Sequence record: LC819005.1
Length of the DNA stretch: 64,000 bases
Reading direction: 5' to 3' (one strand)
The notes under the pieces are model-generated. The model was not told the origin of the DNA, did not search any database, and saw only the letters and a list, made by a program, of their open reading frames with translations. Shown here one piece after another: positions 28,068-37,655 of this stretch. Position 1 is the first letter of the stretch, and each line of letters starts with the position of its first letter. The position numbers and the translations under genes were made by a program.

Positions 28068-30155
28068 ATGGTGACTATCACTTCGGGTACGCCACGAATC
28101 TACCAGAACGGCATCACGGACAAGAGCCGTAAAACCGTTACGGCTGAGCGCGAGCAGATCCCCACCTTCTTGGCAAAAGTCTTCGGCTTCGCCAAGTCGG
28201 GTCCGACCGACCCGCAGCTGGTCGTGGGCAATTCCCGTACGCTCTTGTACGGTGCTGAATCGTTCGACGAGCGCGGCAAGTACGCCACGCACGCCACCGT
28301 GCTGTCCAACGCGCTCAACGCGAAGGCCAACACACAGATGTTCCAACGCGTGGTTCCCGACGACGCAGGTCCGAAGGCCACGATCCGTTTGTCGTTCGAT
28401 TTGCTGCCCACGCAAGTGCCGCAGTACGAACGTATGAGCGATGGCTCGATCGTCAAGACCGACGACGGCCTGCCGAAGCCGGTGACCGGCAACACGATGA
28501 TCGCTGGTATCAAGGGTCGCTGGGTGGTCACGCAAGTCGCGGACGGCACGTTCGGCACAGCCACGAAGAAGCCGGGTTCGATGACCGACGGCGCGACGCA
28601 ATCGCAGCTGTACCCGATCGGCGACTTCGAAGTCCCGTACTTCGGCGAAGACGGCAACAACGCAGGTCTGCGTCTGTGGGCACAATCGGCGCTCGGCCTG
28701 TCGCCCCTCGATGAGCGTCTGCTCACCGAAGGCAGGGTCTACCCGTTCCGCATGGCCTGCCTGAAGCGCGACGACGCGCTCTCGACCGGCCAGATCGTGC
28801 GCACGCAGACGGATGAAACGTCGGTGCAGGTCACCTTCAAGCAAGGCGCGATCGACCGCAACACCGAAGCGCTGCTTGGCATCGACGACGTGTTCATCCC
28901 GTCGTATCGCAACGTCGACGATCTGACGCTGCCCCCGATCGAAGGTCCGTTCGGCACGGCGTTCATCTACGACAACTACGTCTCGGAAGTCCTGAAGGCG
29001 GTGTACGCTGCGGAAACGCCGTTCATCGACCAGTTCTCGGACATCACCGGTACGGACGCCGACGGCGAGCAATACCTGATCAACCTGATCGGTGGCTTCA
29101 GCTCGCAGAACGTGCCTTACCAGTCGCTCATCCTCGACACGACCGGCCCGAATACGGTGCGTCTGTCGGAAAACAGCGTGTTCTACGCTGTGGGTGGCTC
29201 GGACGGTACGATGAACGAAACGACGTTCGCCAAGCTCGTGGAAACGCAGATGGCCGGCTACGCCGACCCGTCGAGCGAGCTGATGAACTCGATCGTGAAC
29301 TGTGAATCGATCGTGATCGACTCGGGCTTCCCGCTCGAAACGAAATACGCGCTGATCAACGCCATCGCCATCCGTAAGGACATGGCGGTGCTGCTCTCGA
29401 CGCACGACGTGCTGGGCGAAACCCTCACGGCTGGCGAAGAAAGCTCGATCGCTATCGCGCTGCGTACGCGTCTGCAACTGTTCCCGGAATCGGACATCAA
29501 TGGCACGTCCGTGTGCCGTGGTATGGTGGTCGGTCATTCGGGCACGTTCCTCGACTCGACGTACTCGAAGCGTCTGCCGCTCACGCTCGAAATCGCGAAG
29601 AAGGCCGCCGACTACATGGGTGCCGCTAACGGCGCCTGGAAGGCCGGTCTGTCGTTCGACAGCGCGCCGCTGTCCGAAGTCACCAGCTTCAAGGACGTGA
29701 ACGCCACGTTCAAGCCGGATACGGTCCGCAACACGGACTGGAAGAACTGCCTGGTGTGGGTGCAGTCGTTCAAGCGCCGCTCGGTGTTCTTCCCGGCACT
29801 GAAGACGGTGTACGACGACGACACGTCGGTGCTGAACAGCTTCTTCACGATGATGGCCTGCGTGGAGCTGGAGAAGGTCGGCTACCGTGCGTGGCAGAAC
29901 TTCACCGGTTCGGATCGTCGGACCAACGCCGTCCTGAAGAAGGACGTCGAGAAGTTCATCAACGACGACGTGAAGGACCGTTTCGACGGCCGCTTCGTGA
30001 TCATCCCCGAAGTGTACTTCACCCAGGCGGACACGGATCGTGGTTACAGCTGGTCGACGCGCATCAAGTTGGGCGCAGCGAATATGAAGACGGTCAACAC
30101 GTTTGACCTGGAAGCATATCGCATCGACGACCTGGTCGCAGCCACGGGCAACTAA
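28068..30155 (+). CDS. Contractile tail sheath protein (phiKZ gp29-like)
   Basis: 695 aa; strong codon bias; DSGFPLETK and FFPALKTVYDDDTSVLNS motifs. Confidence 0.92.
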   Translation: MVTITSGTPRIYQNGITDKSRKTVTAEREQIPTFLAKVFGFAKSGPTDPQLVVGNSRTLLYGAESFDERGKYATHATVLSNALNAKANTQMFQRVVPDDAGPKATIRLSFDLLPTQVPQYERMSDGSIVKTDDGLPKPVTGNTMIAGIKGRWVVTQVADGTFGTATKKPGSMTDGATQSQLYPIGDFEVPYFGEDGNNAGLRLWAQSALGLSPLDERLLTEGRVYPFRMACLKRDDALSTGQIVRTQTDETSVQVTFKQGAIDRNTEALLGIDDVFIPSYRNVDDLTLPPIEGPFGTAFIYDNYVSEVLKAVYAAETPFIDQFSDITGTDADGEQYLINLIGGFSSQNVPYQSLILDTTGPNTVRLSENSVFYAVGGSDGTMNETTFAKLVETQMAGYADPSSELMNSIVNCESIVIDSGFPLETKYALINAIAIRKDMAVLLSTHDVLGETLTAGEESSIAIALRTRLQLFPESDINGTSVCRGMVVGHSGTFLDSTYSKRLPLTLEIAKKAADYMGAANGAWKAGLSFDSAPLSEVTSFKDVNATFKPDTVRNTDWKNCLVWVQSFKRRSVFFPALKTVYDDDTSVLNSFFTMMACVELEKVGYRAWQNFTGSDRRTNAVLKKDVEKFINDDVKDRFDGRFVIIPEVYFTQADTDRGYSWSTRIKLGAANMKTVNTFDLEAYRIDDLVAATGN

Positions 30156-30228
30156 AACTGGCTACGGGAGGGATGCGTCGGCTTCGGTCGACGCGTCTCT
30201 TACAATCGTCATCTGAAAGAGAACCACT

Positions 30229-31149
30229 ATGACACAACGCCTTACCGATGCGATCCTGGGCAAAGATATTGCTTACGCACAGGGTCGCCAGAACGCGATG
30301 CTGGATCTGCGCTACGGCGGCCAGATGGGCTACGCGCCGCAGCTCAACCAGATCATCTCCAACCAGCCGTATATCAGCCGTCCGCTGATCGCCTTGCTCA
30401 TCGAAGCGCCGCTTGGCTTCAATGACCTGCCGAATCCGGATTACTGGCTCGAATCGCTGCGCTCGCTCGTCGAGCTCCGCGCGCTGAAGATCACCGGTCT
30501 CGAATCGACGCTCGAAGTTGCAGTCGAAGATACGTCGCCGGTCGGCGGTGCAGGCGAAATGCACCAGGACTTCACGAACGTGACGCGCGCACGTTCCAAC
30601 CCGCAGTTCACCTGGCAGGAGATGTATGGCCTGCCTGTGAAGTCGTTCCTCGAAGGCTGGGTCACTAACCTGATGATGGACCCGAACTCGAAGGTTGCGA
30701 ACGTCGCGACGCTGGTGGACGCCGGTGCGCGCCCGAATGCAATGCTCGCCGACTACTACGGTATGTCGGTGGCGTTCATCGAGCCGGACCCGACGCACAC
30801 GCACGTGGTGCGCTCGTGGCTGTGCACGAACATGTTCCCGACTAGCCGTATCGCTCAGTCGGAAGGTTCGCGCGATCTGACGCAAGCCGGTCAGCAACTG
30901 CAGTACGACGTCACGTTCTCGGCCATCACGCAAGTGGGCATGGGCGTCGACTACTACTGCCAGCAGCTGCTGAGCAACATCAACATCCTGGGTGCCAACC
31001 CGCTCGCGCGTCAGGCATTCACGCAGTACGACACGAACAACGGTGGCCTGGGCAACGGCACGCTGGTCGAGCCGCGTCTGCAGGACGTTGGTTTCGGTTA
31101 CAAGGATCTCACCGAGAGCCTGCCGAACAGCAACATCCAGCTGGGCTAA
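30229..31149 (+). CDS. Tail tube protein (phiKZ gp30-like)
   Basis: 306 aa directly after the sheath; PYISRPLIALLIEAP and SWLCTNMFP motifs. Confidence 0.88.
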   Translation: MTQRLTDAILGKDIAYAQGRQNAMLDLRYGGQMGYAPQLNQIISNQPYISRPLIALLIEAPLGFNDLPNPDYWLESLRSLVELRALKITGLESTLEVAVEDTSPVGGAGEMHQDFTNVTRARSNPQFTWQEMYGLPVKSFLEGWVTNLMMDPNSKVANVATLVDAGARPNAMLADYYGMSVAFIEPDPTHTHVVRSWLCTNMFPTSRIAQSEGSRDLTQAGQQLQYDVTFSAITQVGMGVDYYCQQLLSNINILGANPLARQAFTQYDTNNGGLGNGTLVEPRLQDVGFGYKDLTESLPNSNIQLG

Positions 31150-31168
31150 CCACTTCGGTGGTATTGAA

Positions 31169-31200
31169 AGTCGGGGCCTTCGGGCTCCGGCTTTTTCCTT
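31169..31200 (+). terminator. Rho-independent terminator of the sheath/tube operon
   Basis: AGTCGGGGCC-TTCG-GGCTCCGGCT followed by TTTT. Confidence 0.85.
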
Positions 31201-31267
31201 TATTTATTTTGGGTTTCCCATTTTCTGAAGGAAACCACGAATAAAACTTGTTGCTCCCGGGGGAGAC

Positions 31268-31423
31268 ATGTATCACTTTAACAACATGCTGGCTCACGCT
31301 GTAACGTGGATGTGGTGGGGCTGTGGTCTGCGTATGCCGACCTATCAGGATTATTGGCAAGCGGGCTGTGAGCATCAGCTGAAACAGCACGGTCACATAC
31401 TGCCCAACATTCCGGGTTGTTGA
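31268..31423 (+). CDS. Candidate 51-aa small protein (below the ORF-track cutoff)
   Basis: GGGGGAG SD before ATG; MYHFNNMLAHAVTWMWWGCGLRMPTYQDYWQAGCEHQLKQHGHILPNIPGC; followed by a terminator. Confidence 0.4.
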   Translation: MYHFNNMLAHAVTWMWWGCGLRMPTYQDYWQAGCEHQLKQHGHILPNIPGC

Positions 31424-31444
31424 AACAAAAAAATAAAGGAAAGA

Positions 31445-31485
31445 GCATAGAGACGGGGTCCGAAGACCCCGTCTCTTTTATGCCG
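31445..31485. terminator. Bidirectional terminator with flanking TATG motifs
   Basis: GCATAG-AGACGGGGTC-CGAA-GACCCCGTCT-CTTTTATGCCG. Confidence 0.85.
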
Positions 31486-31494
31486 TTATGTTAC

Positions 31495-33345
31495 TTACGG
31501 CGCTTGCGTGTAGCCAAGCGTTGTCATTGCCGCGCGGGTCGCAGTCGCAACCGTATCGGTCACTGAGAGATCCGAGAACAGCAAAGTCGTTGTAACCGGA
31601 GCCGGGCGCAGATAACCAGTCACCAAGCGATTAGCCTTCAGCGCGACAATCAATGACCAGCCGTTACCTGCTGCTGTTGCGATACCGCCAGCCAGCACAC
31701 GAGTATCAGGAACCTTCGGAACGAGAACCGACGGAATACCGATCACCATGACCTGAGGATTGCGTGGGGAAATCGACCACGTTCCCGATACCGGGAAAGT
31801 CGCAGGACCACTATATGCACCGCAGCCGGATTTGTTGGTCTTTTGGAACAACACCACGTTATTGGCCTTGATGCTCATGATGAAACAGCCCATCATGTCA
31901 GTGACAATATCGCTGCCAACCGCATCCAGTACACTGGTGCGATTCACACCCGAAGTACCGACGATGGTAAAGGAGTGATTGTCGATGAATTCACCGGAAT
32001 ACGAGATCGCGTTGTTGATCCACGAATAGCCAATCCCCGAAGGCGCAATCAGCAGATCATCTTTGCTACGCGTAACCGTTTGCAGATATGCCGTTGTGCC
32101 CTGCGGAAGCGCGCCGCGAACGTAGTCAGCATAACCCGCACCACCAGGCGAACCAACAATGGAGAGCGCCAAGCCCGAAGCATCCAGACTACGGTAGCCG
32201 ACAACGACATGATCGTTGGTGACTACATCGTTACCCTCCAGCGTACTACCCACCGAGGTCAGATTCGTATAGCTCGGACGTAACTGCATGGCGTTCTTGA
32301 AATCCGACCACGATCCGTCGTCTTTCATCAGGTAACCGCCACCACCAAAAGTCGTGACCGTCAGAAGACCATACCACGGATCTCCATCCATCGGAACGAC
32401 CATCGCCATCGGCGGAGCTACTGCCGACCATGCGCTGTTGGTTTGCATTTCCAGCGACGGAGTAAGCGTCTTGAAGGATGTGGGACCACACAGCGCCGAC
32501 CAGAGCAAACCAAAGGTTTCGCGATACGGGCGGTACTTCATGTCCTGCGGACCGCTATTGGAATCTGCTGTGTAACCAGCTTCTCCCGCGAACGCATAGA
32601 GCTTTTCAGGAACGTCTGTCGTCGCATTCACGACCGTGCTGTAGGCCGGCGTGTTGAGCTGGGCAATGAAGTCAGGTGTCTGCACCGAAACGAAGTTCGG
32701 AGTTTGCGCACTGTAGGCAACGCCCTTAGCCGCGAATGCGTTCAGCACGAGCTGTGCCTGTTTCATCGAGGTCACGCCACCCGTCTTTTGCAGCTGCGAG
32801 ACGATGGTAGCGCCGGCTGAGGCTGCGACCGAATCATACGGCGATGTGCCGGTGTTCGGATCGTAATAACCTTGGTACTCGCCGTTCAGGTTGAAGTTGG
32901 GCGTAACTGCGAGCGCCCGCGCTGCCGTCGAAGCATCGTCGATCGATTTCCCGATCTTGACTTGTGCCACGATCACCGAAGTGAACGGCGTGATGTATTG
33001 ACGCGCGCCAGTGACAAACGCCGAATACGGAATCGTCACCGAGTAGTTGTTGCCACGACCATCACCCACCGTCGACTGCACGATAGCATTGATCTGTTTG
33101 CCACCCACGTCACTTGTGAGAGTGAGTGAATAAGCGCCAGACGCGTCGGTTTGGGTGGACGGAAGCGACGCATCGCAACCGCCTGCACCGTTATCGAAAC
33201 AGATGGTAGCGCTGGTAAAGCCACTTCCGTTCTGGATGAGACGACCCGACAACGACGTATTGACCACAGGGTTAGTTGTGGCCCAGGCCGGAACAGCCGC
33301 AACAAGTGCAACTGCCACCAGCCATTTTTTCAAAGACTTCAGCAT
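31495..33345 (-). CDS. Secreted beta-rich protein (Sec signal peptide; carboxypeptidase-regulatory/transthyretin-like N-domain), paralog of 33620-35299
   Basis: MLKSLKKWLVAVALVAAVPAWA signal peptide; SATICFD..GCD..P..QTDASGAYS motif; SD GGAG. Confidence 0.75.
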   Translation of the reverse strand: MLKSLKKWLVAVALVAAVPAWATTNPVVNTSLSGRLIQNGSGFTSATICFDNGAGGCDASLPSTQTDASGAYSLTLTSDVGGKQINAIVQSTVGDGRGNNYSVTIPYSAFVTGARQYITPFTSVIVAQVKIGKSIDDASTAARALAVTPNFNLNGEYQGYYDPNTGTSPYDSVAASAGATIVSQLQKTGGVTSMKQAQLVLNAFAAKGVAYSAQTPNFVSVQTPDFIAQLNTPAYSTVVNATTDVPEKLYAFAGEAGYTADSNSGPQDMKYRPYRETFGLLWSALCGPTSFKTLTPSLEMQTNSAWSAVAPPMAMVVPMDGDPWYGLLTVTTFGGGGYLMKDDGSWSDFKNAMQLRPSYTNLTSVGSTLEGNDVVTNDHVVVGYRSLDASGLALSIVGSPGGAGYADYVRGALPQGTTAYLQTVTRSKDDLLIAPSGIGYSWINNAISYSGEFIDNHSFTIVGTSGVNRTSVLDAVGSDIVTDMMGCFIMSIKANNVVLFQKTNKSGCGAYSGPATFPVSGTWSISPRNPQVMVIGIPSVLVPKVPDTRVLAGGIATAAGNGWSLIVALKANRLVTGYLRPAPVTTTLLFSDLSVTDTVATATRAAMTTLGYTQAP

Positions 33346-33379
33346 TACTACTCCTTCTTTTTGTTGAGATACGATGCTG

Positions 33380-33615
33380 GGGTAAAACAGGGAACCCCCG
33401 GGCTCCCTATAAGATTTCTTTCGTTTTGTAATAAAAAAATAAAGCGGTTATGGCATCGCCGCGTACCCCGGAGGGTACGCGGCTTATGCCGGTGTAAAAA
33501 GAGAGGATCGCTAAAATCCCGGTATGTCGCAATCCTCCAGAATAAAAAGCGGGTAGGACCCCAGGCCTACCCAAAACCTCCACGACGACCGTGTGGAGGA
33601 TCTCCTCGGAGAGAA
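33380..33615 (-). terminator. Cluster of about five tandem hairpins/terminators
   Basis: CCTCCAC/GTGGAGG, GGGTAGG/CCTACCC, GAGGAT/ATCCTC, GCCGCGTACCC/GGGTACGCGGC and GGGAAC/GCTCCC, several with T-tracts. Confidence 0.65.
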
Positions 33616-33619
33616 GAGT

Positions 33620-35299
33620 TCAGTACTGCACGTTCTGCTCAGCCGCGAACAGGTCGTTGAAACCTGCCTGATCGAAATTGAGCACCGACTTGAGCGCCGG
33701 CGCCGCTTCGATGTGGATCTGCTCGATGTGACCACCGTGCAGCGCCAGGCCCAGCTTGTGACCGTGGTAGACTTCGTTCGAGTACGGCACCGCAGCCGTG
33801 AGGAGCAGCTCGTTCGCGACGTTGAAGATGATCACGTTCGGGTTCTTCGCATGACGCGTCCAGGTGAACTGGCCCGGGCCTGCGATAACCTTGTTCGAGA
33901 ACTTGTCGACCATCGTACCCGTGCCGTCTACGTTGAGCGTCGTACGGACTTGACCGTTCAGGTCCACCGGCGTACCGATGATCTGATTGATTGACGTGTA
34001 GGTCGTGTCGTGATCGCCCACCCAGTTGCAGTGGGTGATGCCGTCTTCGGTCACCGTGAGAGTCGGGTTGGTGGTGAAGCAATTCCACTGGTCCAGATGC
34101 ACCAGGTCATCGCTGCGCGTGCTGATCGTGACGTAGCCGACTTGGCCAGCCTTGAAACCTCCTTGCAGTTGCGTGCGGACATAGTCCTCGATCCAGCCCG
34201 TCATCGCATCGACGAACGTCTTGCCACCGACCACCACCTTGCGGAGTTCGATCTTGGTCGTGCCGCCCGTGATTGCGTCGGTCAACGTCACCGTGTTACC
34301 CACAGCCGATTGCACCGTGGAGAACTTCTGCTGGTCAGCCACCGAAATCAGGTTCGACCAGTTGCCGTCAGCCTTCAGCTGATAGTTGCCGATGTAGCTG
34401 CCGTAGCTGTTCGTATCCGGTTCCGTCCACTGACCGTTGACGTTGGCTTCGAGGGCATTGCGCACGCCGTCACCCGTCTGGATGAAGTGCTCGCGCATCA
34501 GCACACGTTGCATGTTCATCGACAGGTATTCGTGGTGAGCGTAGAGGCCGCTTGCGAGCACCGTCTTGGCATCCACGTCGGTCGAGAGCACCGGCTTGGC
34601 AGCCAGCGCATCCACGTCAGCTTGCGTGACGTTGTCGATCCCGCCCTTGATCACCACAGCGTTCATCACGCCACGGACCACGTCAGCGTCGGCGTTGCCG
34701 TTCTTGGCGAACTCGGCAACCTTGTCGACCACCTTGGCCGCGAAGGCCGTGGTGTTGCTGTCGCCGTTGGCCACGTAGTCATCACGCAGATTCACCGAAC
34801 CACCCACGAACGAGACGACGGCAGCCGTCGCATCGTCCTTCGAGTAGCCGTTTTCCATCAGCGATTGCTGCATAGTGGTGAGCGGCGTGACGTTCTGCGC
34901 CGTGTCGCCGTCGACCGAAGCGGTCAGGGCAAACGTGGCCGGGAACACGTAGTTCGGACGGTTCTGGTCGCGGGTGTTCGGATCGATCACGACGAGCAGC
35001 TTCTTGCCGGTCAGATCACCGCTGTACGCGATCGAGTAGTTGCCCTTGTCGTCGGTCTTCGCTGCCGGTTCGCCTGCATCGCATGCGCCGTTGTAGTTCA
35101 GGTCGACGCACACGGTGGCGTTCGACAGGTAGCCGTCGATGGCCTTGCCGGAGAGGGTCTTGCCCGTTGCGGGCTGGTCAGGCGCAGCGCCTGCGTTCGT
35201 GGTCGAACCATTCGAGCCACCACCTCCGCCGCCGCAGGCGGAGAGGACGATTGCCAGTGCGAGCGCACCGAACAGGGTTTTGACAGACTTGCGTTGCAT
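33620..35299 (-). CDS. Lipoprotein, Betaproteobacteria-type, carboxypeptidase-regulatory-like domain (559 aa)
   Basis: AGGAG SD; lipobox LSA-C plus Gly6 linker; GYLSNATVCVDLNYNGACD motif; upstream CATATTAC at 35361-35368. Confidence 0.82.
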   Translation of the reverse strand: MQRKSVKTLFGALALAIVLSACGGGGGGSNGSTTNAGAAPDQPATGKTLSGKAIDGYLSNATVCVDLNYNGACDAGEPAAKTDDKGNYSIAYSGDLTGKKLLVVIDPNTRDQNRPNYVFPATFALTASVDGDTAQNVTPLTTMQQSLMENGYSKDDATAAVVSFVGGSVNLRDDYVANGDSNTTAFAAKVVDKVAEFAKNGNADADVVRGVMNAVVIKGGIDNVTQADVDALAAKPVLSTDVDAKTVLASGLYAHHEYLSMNMQRVLMREHFIQTGDGVRNALEANVNGQWTEPDTNSYGSYIGNYQLKADGNWSNLISVADQQKFSTVQSAVGNTVTLTDAITGGTTKIELRKVVVGGKTFVDAMTGWIEDYVRTQLQGGFKAGQVGYVTISTRSDDLVHLDQWNCFTTNPTLTVTEDGITHCNWVGDHDTTYTSINQIIGTPVDLNGQVRTTLNVDGTGTMVDKFSNKVIAGPGQFTWTRHAKNPNVIIFNVANELLLTAAVPYSNEVYHGHKLGLALHGGHIEQIHIEAAPALKSVLNFDQAGFNDLFAAEQNVQY

Positions 35300-35388
35300 G
35301 TACATCTCCTTGATGGAAACAAAGGGGGCGTTCAGTCTAAGGGGTAGACTGCTCAGATTGGTAATATGAAGCTGTGAATCGTTTCGTT

Positions 35389-36144
35389 TCAATAACCGCG
35401 CGTGTAGTACACCTCCCGCGGCGGATAGGGTTGCGGGCGCGCCGGCACGTAGGTGCGATAGCCATTAGCCAGCGGATACTGGCCATAACGGGGATCGTAA
35501 CCAAAGCGTTGCGGCAGCGCCACTCGCGGAGCAACATAAACAGCCGGCGGAGGCGCCGGCTGGTAGTAGTTGGGTTGTTGGACCGAGCGCGAGTAACCCC
35601 CGCACGAGTTGTAGTAGCACGTTTCCTGCGGACGCTGGTAATCGTTCAGACCACGCGTGGGCGGATACGCATTCGTGCGCACGACATCCGGCACCACGTA
35701 CACCTGCGCCGGGCTGTCCTCTTCCGCATACTGCGGCTCGTCGTACTGAGGCTGCGCGTACTGCGGTTGCGACGACGCAGCGTAATACCGGGCCTGCGGA
35801 TTAGCCGGGTAGTATTGCTGCGGCTGGGGTTGCGGAGCACGGGCCGCTTGCTGGACCGTACCGTATTGCTGTTGCAGTTGCTGAGCTTGTGCCTTAGCCG
35901 CACGAGCATCGTCTTCAGCCTTCTGCAAATGCTTACCGCCGATCAAGCCATTGCGATAAGCACGCGCAGTCGTCGACATCGGTGCCTGCGGATCTTCCAG
36001 CACGCCATCAGCATTGACCAAGCCATCTTGCTCGTCTTCGCTGAACGTGGGTTGCTGACCATAAGCGCGCACCGGACCATCGGCCCAGGCAGCGCTCGTG
36101 AGGGAAAGAAGGAATGCTGCGATCAGGATGATTTGCTTTTTCAT
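35389..36144 (-). CDS. Exported P/Q/Y-rich low-complexity protein (251 aa)
   Basis: SD AGGAG; signal peptide MKKQIILIAAFLLSLTSAAWA; repeated PQY/QQY tracts. Confidence 0.72.
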   Translation of the reverse strand: MKKQIILIAAFLLSLTSAAWADGPVRAYGQQPTFSEDEQDGLVNADGVLEDPQAPMSTTARAYRNGLIGGKHLQKAEDDARAAKAQAQQLQQQYGTVQQAARAPQPQPQQYYPANPQARYYAASSQPQYAQPQYDEPQYAEEDSPAQVYVVPDVVRTNAYPPTRGLNDYQRPQETCYYNSCGGYSRSVQQPNYYQPAPPPAVYVAPRVALPQRFGYDPRYGQYPLANGYRTYVPARPQPYPPREVYYTRGY

Positions 36145-36169
36145 GGAGTGGTCTCCTTGCGCGACGGCT

Positions 36170-36913
36170 TTAGCCGCCCTTGTAGCCCATGTAGTCGGCG
36201 TTCCACAGGTTGTATGGAACACCCGGTGCCCAGACGCTGGGCGGTGGTTCTTTGCCCTCCTTGAGAGCTTTCTCGATATCGGGGACTTGTGATGCTACGT
36301 AATCCGACGGATCAAACATGTGTTCCGGAATGAACTCACACCCTCCAATCATGGCCGTGCCATGTTCGTAATACTCGAAATTCATCATCACGTCCGGGAA
36401 CCGTTTGTGCAATTCACTGACGATCTTGAAGGGCGGTGACCAAGCGGTATCGAAATACACCGTCTTGTGGAGCGGGACGTAGATCGAATCGATCGCATTC
36501 CACTTGGTGCCCCAGTTCGCCGTGCACCAGCGGTAGCCAAAGGCGTTGTAACCATCCACCGGCTTATCGCGCTTGTGACCGATAAAGTCGACGAAGGCTT
36601 CCGGGTACTTCTTGCCATACTCTTCCGGCGACATCGTCTCGAAGTCCGCGTCCATTTGCCGGTAGAGCTCCGGATAAGGAATCAGACTGTTGAAATCCAG
36701 TGTGTCGGGCAGTAGGTGACTTTTCGCTTCGTAATAGCGACGGGTTTTGTGCTTGCGATCATCCGCACGCAAGTTCTGCACACGAGCCTGGAAGCGCTCG
36801 TTGGTCTCCCGAATGCAATCCAGGATCTGCTGGATGCGTACCGGCTCAGGGACCGAGTCCTCTTTCCAGTCCGAGACCCAGAAGTGGATCTCGTTGCGAC
36901 AGTAATTCGGCAC
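36170..36913 (-). CDS. YubB ferredoxin-like / DUF1281 (Api92-like) protein
   Basis: GTG start MPNYCRN; LDFNSLIP, NWGTKWN, FDTAWSPP and YYEHG motifs. Confidence 0.75.
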   Translation of the reverse strand: MPNYCRNEIHFWVSDWKEDSVPEPVRIQQILDCIRETNERFQARVQNLRADDRKHKTRRYYEAKSHLLPDTLDFNSLIPYPELYRQMDADFETMSPEEYGKKYPEAFVDFIGHKRDKPVDGYNAFGYRWCTANWGTKWNAIDSIYVPLHKTVYFDTAWSPPFKIVSELHKRFPDVMMNFEYYEHGTAMIGGCEFIPEHMFDPSDYVASQVPDIEKALKEGKEPPPSVWAPGVPYNLWNADYMGYKGG

Positions 36914-37005
36914 TACTCCTCCGAACAAAAAAGAAAGATCAGCATAAAAGCGGGAACCCGCAGGTCCCCGCTTTCGATTGTAGAACCGCCGGCCGGAGCC
37001 AGTGA

Positions 37006-37503
37006 TTACAGTTCAGCTGCTTCGGCGAGCGCCTTCATGTTGTTCTTGATCGCGGCCCATTCGGTCTGGGTGCGCGAGCTGACGACATTGATGCGGCCGA
37101 CGCCGATCGAGCCGACGTAGTTCGAGACTTCGCCGGTGCGCACGTTGCGCGACTGGCCTTGACGCTTGAACACGCCTTCGTACGCGTCCTTCTTGTGGAT
37201 CGGCGCGTGGAAGGTGACCTGCTGCAGGTCCTTGTTGTCCTTGAACAGACCGACCGCGAGTTCCGAACCGAGCTTGGTGAGCGCGTTGGACTGCAGGTCC
37301 ATGAACTTCTTGTGCGCTTCGTACGAGGCTTCCGTGATGCCTTCCGGTGCGTTCTCGAAGATCACGCCAGCCGGCAGCACGAGCGTGCCAGCAGCGGCGT
37401 CCGAGACGACGTGTGCGCGCAGCTTGGTTTCAGCTTCGAGCAGGTCGTCCTTGAACTTGATTTCGACGTCAGCGGATGCGGTGTTGTTGGTAGCTTCGGA
37501 CAT
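37006..37503 (-). CDS. Highly codon-biased hypothetical protein (165 aa) with an HU-arm-like segment
   Basis: SD AAAGGAAA; FKRQGQSRNVRTGEV. Confidence 0.72.
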   Translation of the reverse strand: MSEATNNTASADVEIKFKDDLLEAETKLRAHVVSDAAAGTLVLPAGVIFENAPEGITEASYEAHKKFMDLQSNALTKLGSELAVGLFKDNKDLQQVTFHAPIHKKDAYEGVFKRQGQSRNVRTGEVSNYVGSIGVGRINVVSSRTQTEWAAIKNNMKALAEAAEL

Positions 37504-37655
37504 GATGTTTCCTTTACGGATTGGGTTAGTGATGAAAGGTGCTGCAAAGGGGTACTGCAAAAACTTGTGGCTCAGTTAGAGTCCCAAGCGAAGACTGTTG
37601 AAACGTGTGCTATTCGACATCGAATACTCAGCACGTGGTAAATTCGTGCCGTGTT

